NCBI GenBank assembly: GCA_028534125.1
Contig: CM052818.1
Coordinates: forward strand, 746,001-810,000
Source of the DNA: Lama glama
Lineage: Eukaryota
Direction of reading: 5' to 3'
DNA: 64,000 bases
In this document: positions 24,940-38,230 of the stretch, in pieces
Layout: each line of letters opens with the position of its first letter
Position numbering within the stretch: the first letter of the stretch is position 1
The notes under the pieces: model-generated
What the model was told of the DNA's origin: nothing
Seen by the model: only the letters and a program-made list of their open reading frames with translations
Databases searched by the model: none
Program-made: the position numbers and the translations under genes

Positions 24940-25839
24940 TACATATACAAAAATTTAAACTTAAAAATTATTGACCCCTTGGGATCTACCTTTATGGAAT
25001 TTCCTAATCTAAGCCTTATATTAGCCTTATATGGGCACTGTTACCTAGAACACATTTTAAGGATGCTGTTGAAGACTCTGTTACACGATAGTGCCTTCTT
25101 TATGAGGACAAATGAAATTTTCTTAGGTCTTAGTACCAGAAATATCTGTAATGCTTTTGAAAACTTAGTTTGTTTTTATATTACAGAATTTGTGTAATTA
25201 ATCACAAAGTTCTAGCAACATTAACTGCTAGGAGACATAAAGCAAAATTTGTGGCTCACTTTTACCAACCATATCCACAAAGTATCAACTTGTCTTCCCG
25301 TTACTCTTAATTCTTCACTTATTTATTTTTAAAATCATGTTGTAGCTGACCTCTCTCTGGCTTCAATTTAATTTTCTAACATTCCAATTCTTTACTTACT
25401 TGAAAAAAATCATATAGTATTACTTATTTACTTATGTGTGTTATGTGTGTGTGCTTAAAAGCATCTCAAAATTTCTTAAAAGACAGAGAGGAATGAATAA
25501 ACAAAAGCCAAAACAGAGGAAAAAAACAGGTAATATTGTTCAGAATGGAGGTCATTCTAAACTCTAAGCTCCCAGGTCCCAAGGGTATACTTTGCAGATG
25601 CTGAAGCATTTGACACCAAAGCCTTTCATCCAAAGAATAATTCGTAAATGAGTTTGACGAAAGAAATGACAACTCACAAGAGCGCTGTACTACACTTTCT
25701 CACTCTTTTCTAGTTGGTAAGAAATGTTACAGTGAGGAAAGGGCAATTGGCTTTTTTTTTTTTACCTGTGTGCAAAGCTTAACTAAAAAGTCCATGAAAA
25801 AGGAAGTCACACTGCCAGATGGAATTTGTAGCCATGTAC

Positions 25840-27005
25840 CTGGATGTGCTTCCTTCTGGTGTGCTCGGAAGTAATTTGGGGGTAACCTGTATTCAGTGCT
25901 TTCTTGTATTTCTTGCTGTGCTTCTCAAGGTATCTCCTCTGATGGTCAGTGATGCTGCTGTATAGTTTAGTTCGCCTGGGTGACAGACAAACTCTTTCAT
26001 GGCCAAAAGCATGGATCAATCGGGCAGTGTCAATGGTGGAAACAGAGCTGCTCCTCTCATGCAAAGCCAACTCCTTATCTGTTTGGGTCAATATATCTGA
26101 TTCCACAGGAGAAGTGGTGGTGGAAAGGATGTTGGTGGTGGTATCTGTGAACAGATCACTCTCCTCCGAGGGTCTAGAATCTGAAGAAGTGTTATTTAAA
26201 TTACAATGAAAACCTGGCTGTTTTCTCAGAATATATTTATCAAATTTAATCTGTTCAATTTTAATCTGATTGGACCTCTCAGCTTGATGGGTAGAAAGCA
26301 CCTTGCTTCTTTTAAGATCACCTGTGTTTTTATGGCATTTCTCCAGGCTTTTATACCGTTTCTTTTTCTGAAGCTTGTGTTTCTGCTGTTGCTGTCTACC
26401 AGTCCATCCCTTAACATCTTGTTCCTCTCTGCTCTCATCCTGTGTACTTTCTGAGGGCTGGAGAGAGTATGTGATGGGATGCTGAAGAAGCTTAGCCAAA
26501 CGATCAAGTCGTTCCACCAACGAGAGTTCTTTCTTGCCACTGGCAGGAGGTTTCTGTTGCCTCTGTCGCTCCTGAAACTTGTTCCAGAGTTCATTCAAAC
26601 TCACAGGGCGCTGAGTGGTTAGCTGTGGGCTGGCCTTATCATCCTCTTTTGGATCACCAACTTGCTTGTCACTTTTTGGATAATCTCTAGCCTGACTTTT
26701 AGTAGTATGCTTCACTTCTTTGTTTTCCAAGTTTACATTGATACTGAGGCTCTCTACTCTGGTATAATCTGTCTTTGTCTTTTCCACATTTTGATAAGGG
26801 GGAGGAAGATAAGTGTGTTCCCTTTGTTTGTCTGAATGATGCTGAAATAAATCTTTCCAAGAATGTCTCATGAAAACACTCCTTCCTAAGGATTCATGGC
26901 AAAAATCTTGATCACTTGGTAGGTGCACTGGATGATGAAAGTAAAACTTAGCTGACTTGAAGACAGAATGGGTAGTATTTTCATACTCTGAATGACGTCT
27001 GGACT
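25840..27005 (-). CDS. ALMS1: ALMS1 large coding exon (exon 16 equivalent), 1166 nt, phase 1-0
   Basis: Acceptor ctccttttcag|AG and donor CAG|gtacat. Contains most of the 373-aa ORF (HLPSDQDFCHESLGRSVFMRHSWKD...SLNELWNKF...ELSLVERLDRLAKLLQHPIT...STIDTARLIHAFGHERV...RRKHIQ). Confidence 0.97.
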
Positions 27006-27199
27006 CTGAAAAGGAGAAAAAAAAAAGATTTTTGAAGGTCTTTCAAAATATTTGCATTCTCCTTAAAAACAGTATTCACATTTAATTCTTTTAGATACAG
27101 AACAAAGATTGAAGGAAAGAACAGTTTATATAAAGTTTCAGAAAATTCACTGCATGCAAAAAGAATTCATGCCTTGTACCTAGTGGCCAGATTGGCCTG

Positions 27200-27475
27200 A
27201 TAATAGTTTAAGAGACTCAGGGTGAAAAGATCTGGGTTCTGGGCTGGACTCTCCCAGAGACTTGCTGTGTGACCCTGAGGAGGGCACTTTAGTTCTCTGG
27301 ATTGTACAGCTGCTGCTGTGTATTCACTGCTTGCTATGTGTGGAGTATTATGATATATGCTCTATATCTGTTTTTTTTTTTAAACTTCTAATTCAATCTC
27401 ATGGATAAAACTGAGAGATAGGTTATTATTAACCTCATTTTCAGCTAGGAAACCTGAGACTTCATTTTTATCATC
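27200..27475. mobile_element. MIR fragments (both orientations)
   Basis: gatctgggttctggg...gacttgctgtgtgaccctgagg; aggttattattaacctcattttcagctaggaaacctgagact. Confidence 0.55.
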
Positions 27476-27944
27476 AGTAATTAAATGGATATGATTAAAA
27501 AAAAACAACTCTTTACATGTTTTAGAGCTTTTAAAAATTCCTTTTTGTGAACCATCTTCACATTTCCTCCCACCTCCAACTTCCTAATTTTTTTATAGTG
27601 GTAAAATACACCTAACATAAAATTTACCATCTTTCACTTTCACATTTTGACATTCATTATCCTATACCAAAATAGGCATTTTTTTAGATGCAGAACATCT
27701 TGCAATCATAAACCCTAATTGTAAACACTAATGTGGTTTCAGTAAACATTTCTGAAGTTCTAAGTCATAGTAAAAATAAAGACATACACATGCAACAAGA
27801 TATTATTTGTAACTATGGGATCCTTTCTATTTCCTTTATAGATTATTGGTAATCAGAGTTTTCACTAAATATTCTGGGAATCCCTAAGACAATTTCCATG
27901 TGGGATACATGGAATCTGCTGTTATATCTAACGTATGAAAAGAC

Positions 27945-29195
27945 TGTCAAACCTCCCAACAAACAAAAGTCCAGGACCAGGTGGTTTCACTGGTGAATTC
28001 TACCAAACATTTAAGAGTAATTAATACGAAAGCTCAAATTCTTCCACACACACACAAAAAAAAAAAAAACAGGAGAGAACACTTCCAAACTTATTTTACA
28101 AGGCCAGCATAACCCTGAGACCCAGACAAGGGGGCTGTAAGAAAAGAAAATTACAAGCCAATATCCCTGATGAACATAGATGCAAAAAATCCTCAACAAA
28201 ATATTAACAAACCAAATTCAACAATATATTAAAAAGATTATATACACTGTGATCAAGTGGAATTTATTCCAAGGATGCAAGAATGGTTCAACACCTGCAA
28301 ACCAATGTGATACATGCCATTAAAAAAAATAAAGGACAAAAATCATATGATCATCTCAACAGATACAGAAAAAGCATTTGACAAAATTCAACATCCATTC
28401 ATGATAAAAACTCTCAACAAAGTAGGTATAGAGGGAACATAGCTCAACATAATTCTACTTCTGGGTCTGTACACAAAAGAACTGAAAGCAGGATCCTGAA
28501 GAGGTATTTGGACAACCGTGTTCATTTCAGCTTTATTTAAAATTGCCAAGACATGAGAACAACCTAAGTGTTCATTGATGGATTTTGAATGAAGAAAATA
28601 TGGTGTGTGTATATATATGTGTGTATATATGTATATGTATATGTGTATATATTATACACACACACACACATACACAATGGGATATTATTCAGCCATAAAA
28701 AGAAGGAAATTCTGCCATTTGTGACAACATAGATGTACCCTGAAGACATTATGTTATGTGAAATAAGACAGAGAAAGACAAATACTGTAAGAAATCACTT
28801 ACATGTGGAATCTAAAAGTAAAAAGCCAAAACTGAACTCATAGATATAGAAAACAGGTTGTGGTGGTCAGAGGCAGGGATGGGGTATCGGTGTGTAAAAT
28901 GGATGAAGGTGGTCAAAAGTTACAAACTTCCAGTTTTAAGATGAATAAATCTTGGGAATGTAACATACAGCATGGTGACTATATTTAAAAATATTGTATT
29001 GCATATTTGAAAGTTGCTAAGAGTAGATCTTAAAAATTCCTATCACAAGAGAAAAATTGTAACGATGTGTGGTGAGAGATGTTAACTAAACTTAATTGTG
29101 TTAACCATTTCAGTGTATACGTGTATCAAATCCTTATGCTGTACACCTAAAACTAATATAATGTTACATGACAAATATAACTCAATTAAAAAAAG
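27945..29195 (+). mobile_element. Internally deleted L1 (RT segment joined to 3'UTR)
   Basis: agtccaggaccaggtggtttcactggtgaattctaccaaacattt; a jump near 28452 into aattctacttctggg; 3'UTR ends aactcaattaaaaaa. Confidence 0.88.
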
Positions 29196-29499
29196 ACTCT
29201 ACAATTTAAGAATTATCTAGCAACCTGTAAAAATTGGGAGATTTTGCTTAGTTTCTGTAGGTACTTGAGATGGTAACTATATAATTAGAAACTGTACTAA
29301 GGGCTATGTAGGATGAAAACAAAGTGATGTAAGAGTAACTTAAATGGGAAATGGTAGTTAGAGAAGGCTTCTCTGACGAGGCTGAAGTATGAAATAAAAA
29401 TGAGAGCTAAACCAAAAAGAGCAGCAGGTGAAAAACATTCTGGGCAGAGAGATGTAGGGAACCCTAATGCCACACTGCCAGTCCACCTGCACCTACAAC

Positions 29500-30530
29500 C
29501 TTTTCAGATGCAGCAGAACTAACCCACTTCCTTTTAAAGGCAAGTCCCCCCACTAGCGCTGTGGAGCCCAACTCATCTTCCTTTCAAGATCTTGATTTCA
29601 TTCCCTAGCATATCTCTCTTATTCCTTCAGGCTCTCTCTCTTTACTGTATCATTTCCAACATCTTGAAAGCATCACTTAGTATAGCATATCCTTAGAAAA
29701 TCCACATATCTTCTTTCTTTGCTCCTCTTTACAGCCAAGTTTCTAAAGAGAAAAATGTATTTTTTCTTTTCTTTATGTGTTACCTACTCCAAATCACTTT
29801 TTCAACCAGAGGATAGCCATATAACTAGACTAAAACTACTATTGCTAAGATGATCAATGACCCAATGTGTGGCCAGTTCCTGAGAATGTTCCCATTCTAT
29901 ATTCTCTTTCTAGGTGACCTCAACCCTCCCTGTGGATTTAGTACCATCTTTATACTGTTAACTCACATGAAACTTTATGCTCTCAACTTTGTATTTCAAG
30001 CTATGACTTCTCTCTTGAGCTCCAGATTCATATTCAACTACATAATTGATATACACTTGGATCCCATAGCCATCTCAAATTTTAAATGTCCCTAAATGAA
30101 CTCTATTCTACCCTCCTCTCAAATTGTACCTCTCTCAATCATCTGCATCTCTGAAAATGGCACACACTCAAACCCAAACAGAAACCTGGGAGTTTTTCTT
30201 GATACTTTCATCTCCCACAACTTTCTGTTCTTTCCATTAATCCCTCACCTAACAACCATGCATCTGTCCACTTCTATTTCCTCCCACAATTCTTCATGTC
30301 CATTCTTGTCCCCTTCCAATCTATTTTTCAAGTAGTGGTCAAAGTAATCTTTTAAAAATGTAAATTGGCCCTCTCATTTTTCTATTTAACAACTTTCAGC
30401 GGCTTTCTCTTATACTTATAACAAAATCCAGGCTCCTTAACAAGGTATACAAGTACTATATCACTCTCCTACTTCACCACGCATCACTCTCCTCCTTGAT
30501 AATTATACTCCAATCATGCTGGTCTTTCCT
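29500..30530 (+). mobile_element. L2 LINE fossil
   Basis: cttctctcttgagctccagattcatattcaacta...catctcaaattttaaatgtccctaaatgaactc...agaaacctgggagtttttcttga. Confidence 0.6.
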
Positions 30531-30689
30531 CCCACTCCATCATTTGCTCATTGCATGAGCAAAGGCATAAAAGTGGGAAAGCACTGAGCAAATAAGTGAG
30601 TATAAACATTTAGTTTGTGTAGCTTATGTAACTTATAAAGCAGAGAGAGTAGAGGAAAATAAGCCAGGAAAGGTAAGTTATTTGATACT

Positions 30690-33195
30690 AACAGAACAGA
30701 ACACAGAGCCCAGAAATAAATCAACTAATCTTCAACAAGCATGCCTAGAATACACAGTGGGAAAATAACAAATGGTTTCAAATGGTGTTGAAAAACTGGA
30801 TATTCACATGCAAAAGAATGAAGTGGACCCATATCTTACACCATACACACAAGTCAACTCAGAATGGATCAGAGACTTATATGGAAGATCTGCAAAACTT
30901 CTAGGAGAAAACAGGGGAAAAGCTCAAGACATTAGTCTTAGGAATGGTTTCATGGACATGACACGAAAAATACAGGCAACAACAACAAAAATAAACAAGT
31001 GGGATTACATTAAACTAAAAAGCTTCTATACAGCAAAAGAAATAATCAAGAAAGTGAAAGGACAACCTATGGAATGAGAGAGACAATTCAACAACAAAAG
31101 TTGGGAGACTTCAAAACTGCATAATAATGAATAGAACTAGACACAGATTAATAAGGAAACAGAAAACTTGAACACTATAAAGCAGCTAGACCTAACAGAC
31201 ATCTGTAAAACATTCCACCCAACAACAAAAATATATATTCTTCTAAAGTACATATAGAATATATTTGCCAAGACAGATCAAACGTTGGGCCATAAAACAA
31301 ACCTCAATAAATTTAAAATGACAGAAATAAGACGAAGTATGTTCTCTAATCACAACAGAATGAAATTAGCAATCAACAGCAGAATAAAATTTGGGAAACT
31401 CAAATATGTGAAAACTATACAAAACATTCCTAAATAATTTATAGGTTAAAGAAGAAATCAAAAGAGAACACATAAAATACTATGTAATGAATGACAAAGT
31501 TATGGGGACGCAGCTAAAGTTTAGCGGGAAATCCATACTTGTAAACACTTATATCAAGAAAGAAGAAAGATTTCAAGTAAAGAAATCTAAGCTTCTACCT
31601 TAAGACATTGGAAAAAGGACAAACTAAAACTAGAGCAAGCAGAAAAAAGGAAATCATAAAGATCAGAGTGGAAATTAATAGAATTCAGAAAAATTTTAAA
31701 AACAGAGAAATAATTGAAACCAAAAGCTAGTTCTTTAAAAAGAGCAACAAAACTGATAAACTTTTAGCTAGACTGACCAAGAAAAAAATAAGTCACATCA
31801 ATAAATAAATTTTATTTACAGAAATGAGAAGGATTATAAAGGACTACTATGAACTATATATGCCAAAAAACTAGATAATGTTGATAAAATGGACAGATTC
31901 TATTCCTAGAAAGCCACAAACTGCTGAAACTATCTGAAGAAGTAACAGGCAATCTGAAAAGACCTAAAACAAGTGAAGAGTATGAATTAGTAATAACAAA
32001 ATTACCTATAAAGAAAAGTCCAGGCCCAGATGGCTTCACCCATGAATTCTACCAAACATTTAAAGAATTAATACTAATTTTCCATAAGTTCTTCTAAAAA
32101 GCAAAGAGAAAGGAACACTTTCTAATTCATTTTATGAGGCCAGTGTTATCCTGATAACAGGACAAGAAGGACATCACAAGAAAACTACGGGACAATATTT
32201 CTTATAGATAGGGACACAAAATTTCTCAACAAAATACTAGCAAATTAAATCCAGCAACATATAAAAAGAATTATACACCATGACCAAGTGGGATTTACCC
32301 ACAAATGCAAGGCTGATTCAACATCCAAAGATCAACCAATAGGATAAAAAATAAAACTCACTTGATCATCTCAAAAGACCCAGAATAAGCATTTGACAAA
32401 CTCCAACCCCTTTCTTGATTAAAAACAGCAAAATAGGACTGGTTAGGGGAACTTCAATTTGGTAAAGGGCATCTATGAAAAATTCACAGCTAAAATCATT
32501 CTCAATTATGAAAGAGAGAATGCCTGCCCCCTAGACTGGAACAAGGATGTTTGTTCTTGCCACTATATTCAACACTGCACTTGAGGTGCTAGTCAGGGCA
32601 ATTATGGGAAAGAAAAAAAAAAAACAAAAGGGCATGGAGATTTCAAAGGAAGAGGAAAAACTATGTTCACAGATGACAAGATCTTGTATCTACAAAATTC
32701 TAAGGAATACATTAAAAATCTATTAAAACTAATAAGCGAATTCAGCATGGTTGCAGGATAAAAGTTAAATATAAAAATTGTATTATTATATACTTGCAAT
32801 TAACAAACTAAAATGAAATTAAGAGAACCATTCTGTTCATGATAGCATCAAAAATTTTTTAAAATTAATGTAAATTTAACCAAAAAAGTACAAAACTTAC
32901 TCTTTGAAAACTACAAAACATTATGGAAAGAAATTAAAGATCTAAATAAATGAAAAAAATCTCCTGCTTATGGATTAGAAGATTTAACATTGTTAAGGCA
33001 ATCATCACCAAACTGATTGAACACAATCCCTGTCAGAATTCTAGCTTATTTCTTAGTAGAAATTGCCAAGCTGATTCCAAATTAATATGGAATTGTAAGA
33101 GACCCAGAATAGCTAATACACTCCTGAAAAATAAGATAAAGTTGGAGGACTCACACTTCCCAATTTCAAAACTTACTACAAAGCAACAGTAATGC
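30690..33195 (+). mobile_element. L1 ORF2 segments in non-colinear order
   Basis: 30690-31080 encodes the ORF2 C-terminal part (DPYLTPYT...KWDYIKLKSF). 31085-33195 runs from the endonuclease end through RT. Confidence 0.85.
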
Positions 33196-33817
33196 ATCAA
33201 CCTCGTTATTTGCATTATTCCCAGATAGTTTTCTAACTTTTCTTTTTTTTAAATTTCATTTTTGTGGTTTGTCATGGGCTAAGTATGTGTTCAAGCTCTC
33301 TACTGTTCTGTATAATGCATTTCTCCTTGAAGATTCTCTAGGGTTTTTGATTCGTTTATGGCCTGTTTTGTATTTTCCCCCCAACAAGCAAATTTCCCTC
33401 TCCCTGCTTACGCACCTACTGCTTAACAATATATCAAGCACTGTTTTCATATAATTCTGTATCTTCATTCTTTTCTAAGACAACAATAAACTTCCTTCTT
33501 GATAGTGCTCCCAGTTTGTTTTATTTTTAATGCCTTTTCATGTTTAAAGATTTATGTTATAGCCTCACTATGGTTTTGCAAATCTGCATAAAAATATTCC
33601 TCCTTAATTCCTGCAATACTTTTTGTGTAGAATTTATTCTTATTTATATTAATATCATGCCTCCAAATCTCTTTTTGATATGTCCCTGGTTTTCCTTTCA
33701 ACTTTCCTGTCATTTTAGTTTCAGGGTGTTGGCTATACTGTGTGGAACTCGTTTGATTTTTAACCTAACCTGAGAAGTTTTTTTAGTAGGTGAATTTATT
33801 CCATATATGCGTATTTT

Positions 33818-33981
33818 TATTTTATTTTATTTTATTTTTAAATTTTTATTTATTTATTTTAAATTTTTTTGTTGAGGGGAGAAGTAACTACTTATTTACT
33901 TTGAGAGGAGGTGCTGGGGATTGAACCCAGGACCTCGCGCACGCTAAGCACGTGCTCTACCACTTGAGCTATACCCTCCCC
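33818..33981 (-). mobile_element. vic-1-like SINE
   Basis: ggaggtgctggggattgaacccaggacctcgcgcacgctaagcacgtgctctaccacttgagctataccctcccc with a (TTTTA)n tail. Degenerate TSD ccata(t/c)atg..tattt. Confidence 0.88.
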
Positions 33982-34879
33982 GCCATACATGTTTATTTGT
34001 ATAGTCTTATATGCTCTATGTATTCTATATATGTTCTATATAAAGAATATAGTCTATATATGCTCTCATTTATGGTATTTTTCTTTTGTTACAAATTCAC
34101 TTCTCCCACCACCCTCCTGCGATTCCTATCTTTTCTCTAAATATTTTGGATATTTCACAGTTTGATTTTAGCTCTTAAGAGGTAACTTTGTATTTTAAAC
34201 ACTATACTTACACATGTATTTCTTGATTTATCAATTTTAAGGATGGAATTAGCTCACTTGTATTTCCTTAAGCCTCCCTTTTCTCTGCATGTCCCCCTGC
34301 TGATCTTTCTTTCTGCTTTTTCCCTTTTCTTTTCTGTGTGGATGCCTGTACAATCTTCTCTTTTTCTTTGAAGTTCAGTACTGTCACCAACAAACGTCTG
34401 GGTGTTGATTATTATTTTTGGGGGGGGGCTTGTTGATTATTACATGTAAAGTTTCCCAGGATTTGGTATGTCCTTTTAAATTGCAGGCTCAGTTTTCTTT
34501 ATACATCTTATTTTTTTGTTGATGTTACCTTCTTCAGAGATATCAGCAGACATCATTGTGTTGGATTTTCACTGTCCATCCTCAAACTATTTTTTCTGAT
34601 TGTTTTCATCTCCTTCTTCTCTTAATGGGTACAATTTCCCCCTTCAATTTGTTCTCTGATCCCTTAAATCTCTCTTTACATGTCATTATTAGCTTAACTT
34701 TTAATACACTACATGTCTTCTATAATTATTCAGAGGGCAAAACATTTAAGAAACATTTTCTTCTGTCTTCTAGAATATGCTTTTGCAAATTATATTTCCA
34801 TCTTTCCTTTACAAGCTATGTCTCCTACACTACCCATTGCAGAGCTGCAATGTTCTGTTTTTTCATCTTATACATTCGT

Positions 34880-36280
34880 CTTTAATTGTGATAAAACACA
34901 CGTAAGATTAAATCTACCATCATAACCATTTTTAAGTGTACCGTTCAGTAGTTATGTCTGTTCACACTGTTGTATAATAGATCTCTAGAATATCTTCATC
35001 TTGTAACACTGAAACTATATCCACAAAACACTAATTCTCCTTCCCTTCTCTCCTCAGCCCTTGGCAATGACTTTTCTGCTTTGTTTCTATGATTTTCACT
35101 ACTTTAGATACTTCATATAGGTGGAATATACAGTATTTGCCTTTTTGTGACTGGCTTATTTCACTTAGCACAATGTTCTTGAGGTTTGCCTATACTATAG
35201 CATGTGACAGAATTTTCTTCTTTTTTAAGGTTGCCTAATATTCTATTGTATGTATATACATTTTCTTTATCCATTCACCTGTTGATGGACATGTGGGTTG
35301 TTTCCGTATCTTGATTACTGTGAGTAATGCTGCAGTGAACATGGGTCTGCCGATATCTCTGAGATACTGTTTTGAATTCTTTTGGATATATACCCAAAAG
35401 TGGGCTTGCTCGGTCATGTGGTCATTCTATTTTTAATTTTTTGAGGAACCTCCATACTGTTTTCCATAATGGCTGTACCATTTTATATATCCACCAATAG
35501 TGCACAAGAGTGCTAATTTCTCTGCATCCTTGCCAACAATTGTTATTCTCTGTTCTTTTGATACTACCTATCTCACTGTGGTTTTGATTTGTATTTCTCT
35601 GATGATTAGTGATATTAAGCATCTTTTCACATGCTTGTTAACCATCCATATATATGCATATTCTTTGGAAAACTGTTTATTTGAGTTCTTTACCTATTTA
35701 TTGAGTTATATAGTCAGTTTACAATATTGTGTCAATTTCTGGTCTATAGCACAATTTTTCAGTCATACATGAATATACATATATTCATTTTCATATTTTT
35801 TCACCATAAGCCTCTACAAGCTTACCTATTTTTAAATTGGATTTTGTTGTTGTTGTTGAGTTATAGACGTTCCATATATAATCTGGGTATTAACCACTTA
35901 TCATGATTTGCAAATATTTTCTCTTATTCGACAGGTTGTCTTTTCACTCTGTTTAATGTGTCCTTTGATGCACAGTTTTAAATTTTAATATAGTATAATT
36001 TATTTATTTTTGCTTTTGTTGCAAGTATTTTTGGTGTCATATCTAAGAAATCATTGCCAAATCCAACGTCACAAGGCTTTTCACCTATGTTTTCTTCTAA
36101 GTGTTTTACAATTTCAGCTCTTATGTTTGAATCTCTGATCCATTTGAGTAAATTCTGTACAAGGTAAGAAGGAATGGTCCAAATTCATTCTTTTGCATGT
36201 GGATATCCAATTTTCCAACATTTGTTTAAGAGATTGTTCTTTCCCCAGCATGCATTCTTGGAGCCCTTGTGGAAAATCAT
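34880..36280 (-). mobile_element. L1 3' portion with a nested short L1 3' end (about 35700-35821, TSD ttacctattt)
   Basis: Minus-strand ORFs [14 protein letters not shown] and FTAALLTVIKIRKQPTCPST, typical of the ORF2 C-terminus. Confidence 0.88.
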
Positions 36281-36888
36281 TCATCTAATATATTCTTGAT
36301 GTGAGCAACTGCAACTGAACTATTTTAAAAACACAATATGGATAGATAAGGTCTTTAATGACTTTCTTTTCTTATCTGGCTACTCATCTATATTTCTCTA
36401 AGAGGTTAAGGTTTGACAGTTAGGTAGCAATGGCTTGTGTCCTACACGCTTTTATGTTATTAGAAAAAGGGGGCCATAGATAAACATAAATAGATTTGAT
36501 CTCAGGTCTTTTTAACCGTAATTTTTAAAAAGTTTAATGTTTGAGGCTCTTTCTGTTTTTGTCATAGCCTTCTGGAATGTTTTAAACTTTCCCGTTTCAG
36601 AATTGATACTGATACTTCCCTTCTAATACCATCAGTCTCAGGTATTTATCTGTAATTTTATTTCTAAGTTGTCAATATCTTTTCTAAGAAGAATAATTAT
36701 TGCATAAGTCAATATGTATATCCACATAGACAGAGTAGCACTGATCTGCATAAAAACGCAAAAACAATTTTAAAAATGGAGCCCTGTTTAAATTATGAAG
36801 TTATAGTCTTATCAGAATTAAGTGGAAACACAGACATAGATGTTTGAGCTCCCCACCCCACATGAGCCCCCCCCCTCAACCCCATTAC

Positions 36889-37059
36889 CTGCATTATCTA
36901 TCTGTAAGGATTCCTTATCTTTTGGCCAGGCTTCCTTAGGAACTGTCCTCTTACTTTGGATCTCCTCTTTCTGTTCAATGGCTTTGGTGTCTGGTATGTT
37001 ACCAGTCTTCATGTCTTGTAATTGAGCTGAGAGCTCTGAGACAGTAGCATCACTGGAAA
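36889..37059 (-). CDS. ALMS1: ALMS1 coding exon (exon 15 equivalent), 171 nt, phase 1-1
   Basis: Acceptor ttctttctcttag|TT and donor CAG|gtaatg. Encodes VSSDATVSELSAQLQDMKTGNIPDTKAIEQKEEIQSKRTVPKEAWPKDKESLQIDNA. Confidence 0.92.
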
Positions 37060-37811
37060 CTAAGAGAAAGAAATTAATACAATATTCAGACAGGTAGTTG
37101 ACAGAAATTATTTTAAAATACTTCTCAAGTATCTACCAGAGAAAGGCATTGTTTCTGGTGTTGAAGAAAAAATTAAAAAGACCAATCAGAAATCTATTTA
37201 GAAATTGTTGATCTACACTGGAATTAAAAAAAAATGTACAAAAACAGATTTCACATAAAGTAAAAGAATTACATTGTAAGAGAAAGTCACATAAAGAAGT
37301 ATAAATACTCAAAGGAGGAGAAAGCCCTTCTAGCTGGGAGAATCGTGGAAGAACTCTGGAGTAAAGCAACAACTGATCTGGGGATGAGAAGACAGTTAAG
37401 AGGGATACACATGGAAATGGAAAGAGAAAGGCATCTGAGGCAAAGTTGACTGCATAAGAAAAAACTGAGTCAGGAAAGCAAATAAACATTTAGGAAACAG
37501 AGCAAGTATGTGGTTTATTTGATTATAGAACACATAAGGAAAACATGAAAACTAGTATTTGAAAATTTTGGGAGCCAATTCTACTATTCTGAAAGACTAG
37601 GCTAAAACAGTTTAGATCTTATTCTTAATAAGGGCAATGAAAACTTTTTGATGTGATCAACATGATCAAAACTTTTTCTGAAGTATTCATTTAGCAACAG
37701 CAAAAAAGGAGGTGAAATTTTCAAGTGTTGCCCAGAATATGATTAGCTTTTGAAAAAAAAAAAAAAAAGCAATACACAGAAAAAGAGAAGTGGCTAATTA
37801 TGCTCCACAAC

Positions 37812-38207
37812 TGTGGCAGAGACAATGAGCTGTCCTCCAAAATCCATTTTCCTTTTCCTTTAAAACAGAACCTGGGCATATGGTTACCAGAGTACAGATT
37901 ACATTTCCCAGCCTCCCTGGCAACACAGGTTTATGTGACCATGTTAACTAAGCCTGGCCAATAGGATGGAAGGGGAATGATACATTTAAATATTAAAAGT
38001 ATTTAAAGAAAGGAATATGCTTTTTTTCTTTCCATTTCTTCCCTTCTACTGGCTGGAATATGGGCCTGATGGCTACAGCATGAGAATGGAGGCAAAACAT
38101 TGGAGCAACAAGGAAAGAGCTTTGATACTCTTTTTCGTCTTCTTTAAGCCAATGTTATTTTGCTTTTGTTTTCATCTCTCAGAGACAAATTAATCCTAAC
38201 TTAAACA
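37812..38207 (+). mobile_element. MLT1-type MaLR LTR
   Basis: tgtggcagagac...acatttcccagcctccctggcaac...atgtgacc...ctggccaataggatg...tttaagcca...taatcctaacttaaaca. Confidence 0.7.
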
Positions 38208-38230
38208 CACCTTTATAGGTATTTTTAATC

